Shown here in pieces: positions 48,050-58,165 of a stretch of 64,000 nucleotides of DNA (the stretch's first letter is position 1; every line of letters begins with the position of its first letter). The position numbers and the translations under genes were made by a program. Source of the DNA: Thermoproteota archaeon (lineage in GTDB: Archaea; Korarchaeota; Korarchaeia; Korarchaeales; Korarchaeaceae). The notes beneath the pieces are model-generated. The model did not search any database, had not been told where the DNA came from, and was given only the letters and a program-made list of their open reading frames with translations. The stretch is taken from the NCBI GenBank assembly GCA_027491395.1, contig JAOZFI010000017.1:1-64000 (forward strand), read 5' to 3'.

Positions 48050-49891
48050 ATGTCTTGGGAAGATGCCGTGGAGTACTTTCCCTACAAGCCCCGTAGATTT
48101 CAGAGGGAAGCCATAGCCTCCATAAGATCCACCGTGGAGGAAGGCAGGAGGTTCTGCCTCCATGCCCCAACTGGATTTGGGAAGACACCAGTGGTCCTCG
48201 CGGCATTGCTTCCGATAATAGAGGAGATGGATGGAGCCATTATATGGGCTGTCAGGACTGGGAACGAGACAGACAGACCTATAGAGGAGCTGAAACTGAT
48301 TAGCAGGAGGAAGTCCGTTTTCGGCCTATCCTTCAGGGGTAAAAGGGACATGTGTCCCCTCGCTAGGGATCTAGGAGTCACCAGCTACGAGGGAGTAGGG
48401 ACCCTCTGCAGGATGAGGAGGGACAAGTGCCCCTACCACAGGAACCTGAAGAGGTTGAAGGGCGAGGAAGTAGCCCCCCCTCCTAAGCCCCTCACGTTCT
48501 CTGAGACTTTCGAGCTCGCAAGGGAGATGAAGGTATGCCCTTACTTCCTCCAGATTGCCTTTCTAGAGTACTCCCACGTGATCTCACTCAGCTACAACTA
48601 CGTCCTCTCTCCCTTGGGATGGGTCATCAGGCATAAGGTACCCTTCAGGGAGTCCGTACTCGTCGTCGATGAGGCCCATAACATAGAGAGGGCCGCAATG
48701 GAGTTGAATAGCAAGAGTGTGACCTCGACAACCGTGGAGAGGTCCCTGAGGGAGGTTGAGAGGCACGATCCGGATGACGAGACCGGTTTAAGAGAGAAGC
48801 TCTCCTCAACCCTCACATTCATGTCCCAAGTAGCGGTCTCGGAGGACGGAGTGTTCGACCTGGATTCCTTCCTCGGGGAGACGGGTCTGGGTCCGGACGA
48901 CATAAAGGCCATGTACGCGATAGCGGAGGAGGTGTATCGGGACCAGATGAGGAGGGGCAAGGAACCGCGCTCCTACCTCAACTCCATGGCGGAGTTCCTC
49001 ATCGTGGCCTTGGAGAAGAGCGGGCAGGAGGGGGTGGCCTACCTCTACTCCAAGGAGAGGTCGGGTATCAAGCTGGAGGTGTGGGACATGAGGACCAAGG
49101 AGTCCTTGGCCCCGGTATGGGACGACTTCTACAGCGTCGTCTTCATGTCAGGCACGCTTGAGCCAATAGACGCATTCGCCGAAACCGCGGGCGTCGAGGA
49201 TTGCGCCAGGATGAGCATACCCTCGATGGCCGATCCCGAGAAAGTGAGGAGCCTTATAGTGAGCGGAGTAAGCACCAAGGGAGAGGAACTCTCGGCTGAG
49301 ATGGTCAGGAGATATCTAAGAGTTGTGGACGCGTTTCTATCGCTCCCAGGAAACTTAGCTATATTCACGGCCAGCTACAGGATTCAAGAGGAGGTACTCC
49401 CCGGAATAAAGGAGCTCGCAGAGGACCACGGGAGGCACATGTTCGTAGAGAGGAGAGATATGCCCGGTGATGAGGCGAGCTGGATACTCAGGGAGTTCAA
49501 GTCCCTACCTAAACTAGGGAAGGAAGGCCTTCTGGTGGCGCCTGCCGGGGGTAGATTCGCGGAGGGAGCCGATTTCCCCGGAGAGGAGTTGGAGGGGGTG
49601 ATGCTCTTGGGAATACCATTCGATCGCCTCACCACAAAGACCAGACTCTTCATCGAGTACAATCAGAGGATCTACGGGAAGAAGAGAGGAAGATACCTGT
49701 CATACGTGGTTCCAGCCCTCAGAAGAGCTTCCCAAGCGTTGGGAAGGGTCATCAGATCGGAAGAGGACGAAGGAGTCTTCGTTCTGGCGGATGAAAGATA
49801 TATGAGGCGCACTTACTTCAAACTACTCCCGGACTTCGTCAAACAAAATGTGAGCTTGGCCAGGTGGGATGAGATAAAACCCCCATACTGA
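48050..49891 (+). CDS. xpd: XPD/Rad3-family FeS helicase
   Basis: APTGFGKT, four FeS Cys, DEAHN, SGT, QALGRVIR. Confidence 0.92.
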   Translation: MSWEDAVEYFPYKPRRFQREAIASIRSTVEEGRRFCLHAPTGFGKTPVVLAALLPIIEEMDGAIIWAVRTGNETDRPIEELKLISRRKSVFGLSFRGKRDMCPLARDLGVTSYEGVGTLCRMRRDKCPYHRNLKRLKGEEVAPPPKPLTFSETFELAREMKVCPYFLQIAFLEYSHVISLSYNYVLSPLGWVIRHKVPFRESVLVVDEAHNIERAAMELNSKSVTSTTVERSLREVERHDPDDETGLREKLSSTLTFMSQVAVSEDGVFDLDSFLGETGLGPDDIKAMYAIAEEVYRDQMRRGKEPRSYLNSMAEFLIVALEKSGQEGVAYLYSKERSGIKLEVWDMRTKESLAPVWDDFYSVVFMSGTLEPIDAFAETAGVEDCARMSIPSMADPEKVRSLIVSGVSTKGEELSAEMVRRYLRVVDAFLSLPGNLAIFTASYRIQEEVLPGIKELAEDHGRHMFVERRDMPGDEASWILREFKSLPKLGKEGLLVAPAGGRFAEGADFPGEELEGVMLLGIPFDRLTTKTRLFIEYNQRIYGKKRGRYLSYVVPALRRASQALGRVIRSEEDEGVFVLADERYMRRTYFKLLPDFVKQNVSLARWDEIKPPY

Positions 49892-50006
49892 GGTCGAACA
49901 TGGAAACTCTAGGGAAGGATCGATCGTGGTCCTCTCCCATCCTGAGACTGCTTGTATTATCTGGATCGAACTCAAAAGTTATTATTGCGGGCAGCCGTAA
50001 CCTTGG

Positions 50007-50699
50007 ATGCTCGGAACCATCATTAACACGGTCACTGTGCTGGTTGGATCGTCTGCTGGTCTCCTCCTAGGTAAGAGGATGGGAGATTCGGGGAAGGAGA
50101 CGGTATTTCAGGTCGTAGGTCTTTTCACGTTCTATCTAGGGACAAGCATGGCGCTGGAAACGAGGAACCCCATTGGTCTGATCTTGGGGCTGCTTACAGG
50201 AACTCTGCTCGGTGAGAGTCTCGAACTGGAGGAGATCTTGGAGGGTGCGGCGGAGCGCCTGAGACAAAGGATAGGAGTAGACTCAAACTTCGTGGAAGGA
50301 CTCATGACAGCTTTCCTCACGTTTTGCGTAGGTCCCATGACTATTATCGGCTCCATAAGGGATGGAATGGGCGATCCATCCATAATAATGGCCAAATCCG
50401 TGATGGACGGCTTCGCCTCCATGGCCTACGCGACAGCCCTCGGTCCTGGTGTAGTGTTCTCCTCCATCCCGCTCTTCCTGTTCCAAGGATCGCTGTCCAT
50501 TGTGGGCTCTCTAATAGGTGCTTCCCTCCCAGAAGCGGCCATAGGTGACCTCACCGGAGCCGGTGGGGTGATATTACTGGGATTGGCGCTCAACCTCCTC
50601 AAGGTCAGGAGGATAAAGGTGGGAAACATGCTCCCCAGTCTTCTAATGGCTCCACTGATCTCCATCCTCTGGTCCGGCCTTCCCATTCCTACTCCCTAA
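50007..50699 (+). CDS. DUF554 family membrane protein
   Basis: GT.IN, FCVGPM.IIGS, KSVMDG, GN.LP. Confidence 0.88.
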   Translation: MLGTIINTVTVLVGSSAGLLLGKRMGDSGKETVFQVVGLFTFYLGTSMALETRNPIGLILGLLTGTLLGESLELEEILEGAAERLRQRIGVDSNFVEGLMTAFLTFCVGPMTIIGSIRDGMGDPSIIMAKSVMDGFASMAYATALGPGVVFSSIPLFLFQGSLSIVGSLIGASLPEAAIGDLTGAGGVILLGLALNLLKVRRIKVGNMLPSLLMAPLISILWSGLPIPTP

Positions 50700-51504
50700 T
50701 TCTCGCCCTCCTATTCGTGATCCTCCTCTTAATGACTCTTCCCAAGGCGAACCATGCCTCTTCTATCTCCTCACAGCTCTCACATACGGCCGCCATAGCC
50801 GGACCTGTACCGGACAGGCCCGCTCCCAATGCTCCGAGTCTCACCGCCTCCAGAGCTGGAGAAGGGTCATAACCTAATAGTAGTGAGTAAAGTAAGCCGT
50901 TCAGCGTCATGGCATCCCATATCCTTCTCGGGAGAAGAGAGAATATGGAATCAACAGTCCCAGCGTAGGATCTCAGGAGATCCCCATCGACCTCGATAGT
51001 GGACTTTGGAGCGTGACTCTCGGGCAGGAGCACTAGAACCTCCATCTCTTTTATAGGAGCCCTCATGAGCAGCTCATCCCTCGAGTTATCGGTCATAACG
51101 AAGCCTCCCAGCATGGAAGCGGCCGCGTCATCTAGAGCACCGGTGATGGTAACTCCCGCCGACCTGGCAGCTTTAACTGAAATTTTCAAGGCCTCAAAGA
51201 GGTCCCTCCTGCCGTGAAGAGCCATAATTGAGAGTACAACAGCGTTAGCCACGGCACTACTGCTCTTCAAACCCCAGCCCGCTGGGATCTCCGAGTCCAC
51301 CCGAACCCTTACCCCATCACCACCCACCTCTTTCAGGGCTAGGAGGGCCGCCTCTCTGACCAGAGGGTCCCCAGGTTCCACCTCCAATTCGTTGGAAGGT
51401 TCGGCTCGAGCCCTCACTTCGAAATCAATCGAGATAGCTGCCCCCTTCCAGCTGGCTATCGCATTAACGACGGTTATAGCTCCATTCACCCGAACCTCAA
51501 CCAT
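50689..51504 (-). CDS. aroK: Archaeal (GHMP) shikimate kinase
   Basis: GAITVVNAI, GLKSSSA, TGALDDA, SGTGP. Confidence 0.95.
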   Translation of the reverse strand: MVEVRVNGAITVVNAIASWKGAAISIDFEVRARAEPSNELEVEPGDPLVREAALLALKEVGGDGVRVRVDSEIPAGWGLKSSSAVANAVVLSIMALHGRRDLFEALKISVKAARSAGVTITGALDDAAASMLGGFVMTDNSRDELLMRAPIKEMEVLVLLPESHAPKSTIEVDGDLLRSYAGTVDSIFSLLPRRIWDAMTLNGLLYSLLLGYDPSPALEAVRLGALGAGLSGTGPAMAAVCESCEEIEEAWFALGRVIKRRITNRRARIRE

Positions 51505-52333
51505 TTCCACCACCTAGGAGAGACTCAGCCACCTCCATCATCAGATTCTCATCTGGATCGATGCCGAACCATATCCTCTCAGCCTCGGCCGCCTGTCTCA
51601 CGAGCATGGGGAGACCACCGACAGCCTTGCAACCCCTCCTCTTGGCCTCCCTCACAAGTACAGTCTCAGGAGGATTGTACACGAGATCGAACACGTAACA
51701 ACCCGGCTTCAAGTAGTCGGGATCCAATGGAATCCCCTCACCTAGCGTGCCTAGAGGAGTGGCGTTGATCAGGAGGTCAGCTTTTTCAGCGACTCGAGAT
51801 CTCTCTTCCCATTCCACGGTCACCGCATCGAACCCAAGCTTATCGCATAGAGGGAGGACCCTCTTCACCCGCTCTATCCTCCTAGAGGTTACGTAGACCC
51901 TTTCAACCCTTCCAGAAAGCCCCACGAGGACGGAACGGGCAGCGCCACCGGCACCTAGAAGCAGCGCGTTCTCAATGCTGCGTATCCCTAGAATTTCTAG
52001 GCTATAGAGGACGCCGCTGACATCCGTGTTATAGCCCAATGCCTTCTCCTCGAATCTTATCGTGTTCACAGCACCTACTAGTTTGGCCTCATCGCTCAAC
52101 CAGTCAACGGAGTCGTGAGCCATCTCCTTATACGGGATCGTCACATTACAGCCAACGGTCCCCAGAGCCCTCAACCCATCCAAGGCCTTAGGGAAATCGA
52201 GCACATCGAAGGCCAAGTAGATGGCATTTATCCCCATCCTCTCATAGGAGGCGTTGTGGATGGCCGGTGAGATCGAGTGGTGCACCGGATGCCCGAGAAG
52301 GCATGTGAGCCTCGTACTCGAGTCTATCCTCAT
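51497..52333 (-). CDS. aroE: Shikimate dehydrogenase
   Basis: HSISP.IHN, NVTIPYK, GAVNT, NTD, GAGGAAR, DLVYNP. Confidence 0.96.
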   Translation of the reverse strand: MRIDSSTRLTCLLGHPVHHSISPAIHNASYERMGINAIYLAFDVLDFPKALDGLRALGTVGCNVTIPYKEMAHDSVDWLSDEAKLVGAVNTIRFEEKALGYNTDVSGVLYSLEILGIRSIENALLLGAGGAARSVLVGLSGRVERVYVTSRRIERVKRVLPLCDKLGFDAVTVEWEERSRVAEKADLLINATPLGTLGEGIPLDPDYLKPGCYVFDLVYNPPETVLVREAKRRGCKAVGGLPMLVRQAAEAERIWFGIDPDENLMMEVAESLLGGGNG

Positions 52334-52425
52334 CCCATCATAGAATCCGTCCCTCCTTTTAAGGGATGAGTGCGTCGCCGCCAGCAGATGAGAAGACTTA
52401 ATTCCTCAACTCACTCACTGGCTGG

Positions 52426-53385
52426 GTGTCTATGAGGACCTCCCATGTGGGCAGCTACCCCTTGGACCACTCCCCGGATAATCTGAGAAGGGCGTTCCTC
52501 GACACGGTAGATGCAGGAATTACTGTCCCACCAGTTCCCCAGCTCAGACCCTTCACGGACATGTACTTGGAACCTTTGGCGGAGATGGGTCAACTCGAGC
52601 CCATAGGGGGCGGCAAGTATAGGCCCATCGACCTTCACGGCGAGCCTGAACTACCCAAGTTGGATGAGGTAGAATGGTTCCTCGAACTTGCCAACGAGAT
52701 GAACTTCGACTTGTCCACAGTCAGGCTCCCCCTAACGGGCCCCTTCACACTGGCGAGCAGGGTAGAGGTAGGGGATGGCGGGGTCTTTAACTCACTCTTG
52801 GCGGACAAGAAAGCTCTATTCGACTTCTTCGTCCCCTACGTGTCAAAGATAGCCGAGAGAATGGATTCCGTTGGGTTCGGATACATCTTCGTCGATGAGC
52901 CGGTCATAGGGCTCTTGGTGGGGAGGAGGATCCTCTTCGATTACAGGGAGGAGGACATAATAGAATCATATGAGCGGGTCTTCTCCAGCGTAAAGGCCGA
53001 GAAAGGCACCCATATATGCGGGAAATTATCTCCCAAGCTCTCGGAATTGCTGATGAAGGTTCCCGTGAGGTATCTGAGCCACGAGTTCTTCGACTCCAGA
53101 TCTAATCTCGAGAGGTTCTCCCGACAGAAGCTGGAGGATGCTGACAAGGTTATCTCCCCCGGTGTGGTGAGCGCGCAGAGCATGGAGGTGGAGGGGAGAG
53201 AGGTGGTAAGCGGTCTCCTCAAGGAGTTGATGGAGAGGTTCGGGGCTGAGAGAATAGACTTGATCAGCGGGGATTGTGGGTTCGGTGGATTGAAGGCCGC
53301 TGGACCCCGAGCGTATGAAGTGGCCATAAGTAAGCTCAGAGTAATAGTGGAGGTGGTCACATCCCTACAGAGCGAGTGCGGGTGA
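52426..53385 (+). CDS. Core (single-domain) MetE-like methionine synthase
   Basis: VGSYP, TGPFTL, DEP, HICG, E, DCG Zn ligands; 319 aa with no N-terminal folate domain. Confidence 0.85.
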   Translation: MSMRTSHVGSYPLDHSPDNLRRAFLDTVDAGITVPPVPQLRPFTDMYLEPLAEMGQLEPIGGGKYRPIDLHGEPELPKLDEVEWFLELANEMNFDLSTVRLPLTGPFTLASRVEVGDGGVFNSLLADKKALFDFFVPYVSKIAERMDSVGFGYIFVDEPVIGLLVGRRILFDYREEDIIESYERVFSSVKAEKGTHICGKLSPKLSELLMKVPVRYLSHEFFDSRSNLERFSRQKLEDADKVISPGVVSAQSMEVEGREVVSGLLKELMERFGAERIDLISGDCGFGGLKAAGPRAYEVAISKLRVIVEVVTSLQSECG

Positions 53386-54998
53386 AGATTCTACCCGCTG
53401 GCGTGGAGGTCGAGGCGGACAAGGGCGAGCTACTATCCAATATACTCAGCAGAACCGTATCATTCCCCCTGCCGTGTGGAGGCGCTGGGTACTGCGGAGG
53501 ATGCGCCGTGAGAGTGCTCGAGGGAAAGGTGACCCCTCCTACTAGGGAAGAGCGACTGACCGGTGTGATAGAGAGGGGGATGAGGCTAGCTTGCAGGACT
53601 AAAGTGATGGGGAGTGTAGTTGTCGAGGTCCCCAGAATAGCCCCCGTGGCCACAGTCTCGGGAATGATGCCCCGATTCGAGCTGAGCCCTCTGATCAGGA
53701 AATCCGGACTTGGAGATATGGCCCTCCCCAGGTCTCTCCCTCAACCCTCATTCAGCTTCAAAGGAATCGCCTTCCGCTCCGGAGGGGGAGAAATCGGACT
53801 TGCGGTGGATCTTGGGACTACCAACATATCCGGATCGCTGCTCGACCTGAGGAACGGGAGACCTCTGATTGAGGGTTTCGTGAGGAACCCCCAAGTGTCG
53901 AGGGGAGCTGATGTGATCACTAGGATGGAGAAGGCCTTGGAAGGTGAGAGGGAGGCGTTGAGGAACATGGCGATTCAAGGCATAGAGGATCTGTCCTCGA
54001 AACTCTGCAAAGCTGTAGATGTCAGGGAGGAGGATGTATCCATAGTCTCGGTAGTCGGAAACTCGGTGATGCATGCTCTCCTTCTTGGATTGCCCGTCGA
54101 TTCCCTATCTGCAGCGCCGTTCGAGCCCCCCCTCAAGATGTGGGTCTCAGGGCCAGCGGATGAGGCCGGATTTGAGAGGCTCTCCGAGAGCTGGCTCTTG
54201 GTTCCCCCGCCCTTGGCAGGCTTCGTTGGCTCCGACGCCTTATCCGACCTTGTAGTTGCGGAGATGCTTGAGCTGGAGAGGCCCTACCTCCTGATCGACT
54301 TGGGAACGAACACGGAGGTGATGCTGGTGACGGACGATGTGCTGGCGACCAGCGCACCAGCAGGCTCTGCCTTTGAATCTAACGTTCCGTCGGGGGTGGG
54401 TGGCGTTCGGGGGACAATAAACAGGGTGAGAATCACCGAGGAGGGAATCGAGGTGGAGGTAGAGGGTAGACCCGTGGGCCTGAGCGGCTCAGGACTCATC
54501 TCAGCCGTGGCTGAGATGCTGAGATGGGATCTTCTCTCAGAGAACGGGAGGATGTCTAGGGAGCTTGAGGGGAAGCTCAGGCTAGTGGACTCCCCGAGGA
54601 TAGAGGTGACGCAGAGGGATGTGAGAGAGGTCCAGAAGGCGGTGGCTGCGGTGTACTCGGCTTGGAGGATCCTCATGCGGAGGAAAGGCTTGAGCCATGA
54701 GGACTTAAAAGGGGTCTACCTCGCCGGTACCTTCGGGAGTCACGTGGATCCGTCGGATGCCATCGAGATAGGCCTCATCCCACCAGTTGATCCGGAAACG
54801 GTAGTCTCCCTAGGTAACACAGCGTTATCAGGGGCTAAACTCTTAATACTGAGTGAGGATGCGTTCACCAAGTTCAACGAGCTGTACTCCATGGTCACTT
54901 ATGTGGATCTGGCCAGAGACCCTGAATTTAGTGAAGCCTTCATAGAGGGAACGTACCTGAGGGGGCCCCCTCCTGATCCTTCATCCGGCAACCTTTAA
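53382..54998 (+). CDS. RACo-type corrinoid activator (2Fe-2S + ASKHA ATPase)
   Basis: CGGAGYCGGC..RLAC, DLGTT, NPQ...GADVI, FVGSD, IDLGTNTE, AG.AFE, GNTAL.GA. Confidence 0.9.
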   Translation: MKILPAGVEVEADKGELLSNILSRTVSFPLPCGGAGYCGGCAVRVLEGKVTPPTREERLTGVIERGMRLACRTKVMGSVVVEVPRIAPVATVSGMMPRFELSPLIRKSGLGDMALPRSLPQPSFSFKGIAFRSGGGEIGLAVDLGTTNISGSLLDLRNGRPLIEGFVRNPQVSRGADVITRMEKALEGEREALRNMAIQGIEDLSSKLCKAVDVREEDVSIVSVVGNSVMHALLLGLPVDSLSAAPFEPPLKMWVSGPADEAGFERLSESWLLVPPPLAGFVGSDALSDLVVAEMLELERPYLLIDLGTNTEVMLVTDDVLATSAPAGSAFESNVPSGVGGVRGTINRVRITEEGIEVEVEGRPVGLSGSGLISAVAEMLRWDLLSENGRMSRELEGKLRLVDSPRIEVTQRDVREVQKAVAAVYSAWRILMRRKGLSHEDLKGVYLAGTFGSHVDPSDAIEIGLIPPVDPETVVSLGNTALSGAKLLILSEDAFTKFNELYSMVTYVDLARDPEFSEAFIEGTYLRGPPPDPSSGNL

Positions 54999-55035
54999 TA
55001 GTTCCGGGGCGGAACTAAGTTCCGGGGCGGAACTA
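54999..55035. promoter_or_regulatory. Tandem 18-bp palindromic element, putative operator
   Basis: AGTTCCGGGGCGGAACTA twice (55000-55017, 55018-55035) between TTTAATA and the ATG. Confidence 0.7.
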
Positions 55036-56049
55036 ATGCTATTCGACCTGAGGCCCAAGAAATCTAGGAAAGACCTCTTCGACAGGGAATGGGAGCTAGA
55101 GGAGCTGGAAAGGGCCTCTGGCAGATATCCTCTCATCCTACTACTGGGTATTAGGAGGATAGGTAAGACCAGCGTGGCTTGGTGCTTCTTAGAGGGGAAG
55201 AGGGGATTCTTAGTTGACATGAGAGGTGTCATCCGGCGGGCTGATCTCTACGAGAGGGTGGCTAGGGGACTTGAGGAATCATTAAGCAAGATGAGAAGGT
55301 TCCTGAGGGGTATAAGGGGCATTAAGATAGCAGGCGCTGAGGTTGAGATCCAGTGGAGAGGAATGGATTCCCTGAGCCTCGCAGGTCTTCTGACAGAATT
55401 GAACAAGCTGGACGAGTTCGTTGTGATCTTGGACGAGGTCCAGCATCTGAGGCAACCCCTCATGTCCGAGGTGAGGGAGATGATAGCCTACGCCTACGAC
55501 AATCTGGACAATGTGACCCTCATCCTCACGGGCTCGGAGATAGGCATGCTCAGAAGGTTCCTCAGACTCGAAGATCCATCTTCCCCCCTCTATGGGAGGT
55601 ACGCATATGAGGTCGAGGTGAGAAGGTTCACCAAGGAGCAATCTAAGGAGTTCTTGGTGAGGGGATTCAGAGAAGTAGGAATGGAACCGCCGATGGAGGA
55701 AGTGGAGAAGGCCGTGGAATTCTTCGACGGGATAGTGGGGTGGCTCGTCATTTTCGGTAAATCCTACTCAGAGGGTAAAGGGGGCTTCGAGGCCATAGCG
55801 GAGATGGCCATTGGGATGGCCATCACCGAATTGATGAAACTCGATCCTAGGGAGAAACTCGTCCTCAAGGCCGTTGCCAGGGGGGCGAGGAGCTGGAGCC
55901 AAGTAAGAGAGCTGATAGAGGAGAAGGAAGGAGCCGTAATACCTAAATCCTCCCTGTCCAGAACAATCAAGAGGCTGGAGAGGCTAAGCCTCATCAAGGA
56001 CTATGAGTTCTTGGATCCCGTTTACGAGAAGGCTGCACTGAGACTGTAG
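55036..56049 (+). CDS. Archaeal AAA ATPase with C-terminal wHTH
   Basis: MLFD..PK...DLFDRE, GIRRIGKTS, DEVQ, LTGS, SPLYGR, DPV. Confidence 0.9.
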   Translation: MLFDLRPKKSRKDLFDREWELEELERASGRYPLILLLGIRRIGKTSVAWCFLEGKRGFLVDMRGVIRRADLYERVARGLEESLSKMRRFLRGIRGIKIAGAEVEIQWRGMDSLSLAGLLTELNKLDEFVVILDEVQHLRQPLMSEVREMIAYAYDNLDNVTLILTGSEIGMLRRFLRLEDPSSPLYGRYAYEVEVRRFTKEQSKEFLVRGFREVGMEPPMEEVEKAVEFFDGIVGWLVIFGKSYSEGKGGFEAIAEMAIGMAITELMKLDPREKLVLKAVARGARSWSQVRELIEEKEGAVIPKSSLSRTIKRLERLSLIKDYEFLDPVYEKAALRL

Positions 56050-56117
56050 CTCCTACTCCATGATGTGCGGAGCGAATCGCACTTTAACTTAAATTAGTTG
56101 GATAGCCCCCTAGAGCA

Positions 56118-57131
56118 ATGCCAGCGAGCTCCAAGGAGTTCTTCCTATTGGCTGATGGTTCTCCGGATGACGTGATCAGGAAAGCTAGTGAGATGGGCTT
56201 TAAGATAGTTGCTCTATCCTCGGGAGCTAAGGAGAAGGTCAAAGACCTCGTGGATCCGGCGCACATCGTGAGAGTTGAGGAGTGGCCCTCTAAGGGAGAG
56301 ATCACCCTAGTGAGGATAAAGGGGCCCGAAGACATGTCGGTGGTCGAGGAGACAGCCTCTACAGGCAAGGTGCTTATAGATAGCGAGGGGTGGAAGATAA
56401 TCCCCCTAGAGAACCTGATAGCTAGTCTGGGGGGAGGCGACAGGATATACGCGATTGCTGAAACATTGGATGAGGCTAGATCCCTGCTGGGAGTGCTGGA
56501 AGTGGGAATAAAAGGCGTTGTGATGCCGCTGAAGGATCCCAGCGAGTTGAAAGACGTAAGGAGAATGTTGGAGGAAGCCTCTCCCCTTCAACTGGTCGTG
56601 GCCGAGGTCACAGAGGTCAAAGAGGTCGGGATGGGAGATAGAGTTTGCGTGGATACCACATCAATCCTCTCCAAGGGCGAAGGGATGCTTGTAGGGGGGT
56701 CAGCCTCCTTCTTCCTGCTGGTCCACAGTGAGAACGTAGAATCCCCGTTCACCTCACCTAGAGAATTCAGGGTGAACGCGGGAGCGGTCTCCAACTACAT
56801 CTTGGTGCCCGGCGGTAGGACCAAGTACCTGTCGGAGGTCAAGTCCGGGACTGAAGTGCTTGCCGTCACGAAGGACGGTAAGAGGAGGGCGGTGAGCGTC
56901 GGAAGGGCCAAGGTGGAGAGGAGGCCCTTGGTGCTGGTGCGAGCTAGGTCTCAGGATGCCGAGGGATGGGCAGTGCTGCAGCTTGCTGAAACGGTACCCC
57001 TCATGAAACCTGACGGGACCCCCATACCGGTCAGTGAGGTGAAGCCAGGGGATCAGGTCTTAGCGTACGTGGAGGAGAAGAAGGCGAGGCACTTTGGGAT
57101 GGCAGTGAACGAGTTCATAGAAGAGAGGTAA
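56118..57131 (+). CDS. 3-dehydroquinate synthase II
   Basis: W.IIPLEN, GDRVCVDT, RVNAG, GRAKVERRP, QLAET. Confidence 0.94.
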   Translation: MPASSKEFFLLADGSPDDVIRKASEMGFKIVALSSGAKEKVKDLVDPAHIVRVEEWPSKGEITLVRIKGPEDMSVVEETASTGKVLIDSEGWKIIPLENLIASLGGGDRIYAIAETLDEARSLLGVLEVGIKGVVMPLKDPSELKDVRRMLEEASPLQLVVAEVTEVKEVGMGDRVCVDTTSILSKGEGMLVGGSASFFLLVHSENVESPFTSPREFRVNAGAVSNYILVPGGRTKYLSEVKSGTEVLAVTKDGKRRAVSVGRAKVERRPLVLVRARSQDAEGWAVLQLAETVPLMKPDGTPIPVSEVKPGDQVLAYVEEKKARHFGMAVNEFIEER

Positions 57132-57176
57132 AGAGAAACGAGGGGGCTTAAGAGGAGCTGACTAGATTAACACCGC

Positions 57177-57578
57177 TCAGGGCTCTATCCCGAACTTAGG
57201 AGCTATTTCCTGTCTGAAGTAGTCTATCGCGAAGACAACCGAGTTGAACTCGCTGGCGAAAATTTCTTTGTTCATTCCCGAGACAGGAATGGTCTTGCTG
57301 GATCCCAAGTTGCCCTCCTCATCCACATCGTACCTTACTTCCGCTAGCGTATAGTGGGCGTTGAGCAGGGCCCTGTAGAACTCCGCGCTTTCCGGTACCT
57401 TCTCACTCTCCAGTATGGTGGTCCTTATAGCCACCCAGTCGTCACCTACGAGGACGAACACCCAGTACTCACCGTCCCCGACCTTCCAGAGGGAGGCTAT
57501 GACACCCTCCTCCTTCTGATACTTCACACTCATTCCGTTGAGGAATTCCTCTATCTGGGATTCCACTTCTACAGACAG
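57177..57578 (-). CDS. YbjN/type III chaperone-like protein (start uncertain)
   Basis: Acidic alpha/beta pattern, FY..LL.A......Y.VD..G; GGTGAT precedes CTG 57578. Confidence 0.6.
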   Translation of the reverse strand: MSVEVESQIEEFLNGMSVKYQKEEGVIASLWKVGDGEYWVFVLVGDDWVAIRTTILESEKVPESAEFYRALLNAHYTLAEVRYDVDEEGNLGSSKTIPVSGMNKEIFASEFNSVVFAIDYFRQEIAPKFGIEP

Positions 57579-57642
57579 AAGATCACCACTATGACCCACA
57601 GTGAGCAATAATAAGTATGCCTATACTGTCGGGGCGATAGAG

Positions 57643-58161
57643 ATGCTCGTGGCAGTGGGCTCGACCAATCCCGTGAAGATCGAAGCAGTTAGGAGGGCCT
57701 TCTCCTCGGTTTGGGAGGTCGAAGTGAGGGGCGTTGAAGTGAACAGCGGTGTCTCTCCAGAGCCAGTCGGTCAGGAGGCCATTATAGGTGCTATGAACAG
57801 AGCTAGAAAAGCGATGGCCACTCTGAACGCGGATTTCGGCGTGGGCATAGAGGGGGGCGTCTTTCACTTGGGTGGCTGGTACTACTGCGCCGGCTTCGTC
57901 TGGGTGGAGAGGAAGGATGGCGTTTACGGCACGGGCACCAGCGGGTGGTTCGAATGCCCAAAGAGTTTCACAGCTAGCTTGCTCACCGGAGTGGAGCTCG
58001 GGGACCTCATGGCAAGGATAAGCGGGAAGGCCGAGATAAAGAGGGAGGAGGGGGCGATAGGCTACTTCACCAAGGGCGTGGTGAGCAGGACCGACCTGTA
58101 CACACACGGCGTGCTTATGGCCCTAGCCAAGTTCATCGCAGGTGACAGGTGGCCGGGATGA
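57643..58161 (+). CDS. yjjX: Inosine/xanthosine triphosphatase
   Basis: [29 protein letters not shown]. Confidence 0.94.
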   Translation: MLVAVGSTNPVKIEAVRRAFSSVWEVEVRGVEVNSGVSPEPVGQEAIIGAMNRARKAMATLNADFGVGIEGGVFHLGGWYYCAGFVWVERKDGVYGTGTSGWFECPKSFTASLLTGVELGDLMARISGKAEIKREEGAIGYFTKGVVSRTDLYTHGVLMALAKFIAGDRWPG

Positions 58162-58165
58162 TAGC

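Noticed and set aside
55000-55035. CRISPR-like repeat
   Set aside because: Two abutting 18-bp units with no spacer and no cas genes; no CRISPR array was seen anywhere in the window.
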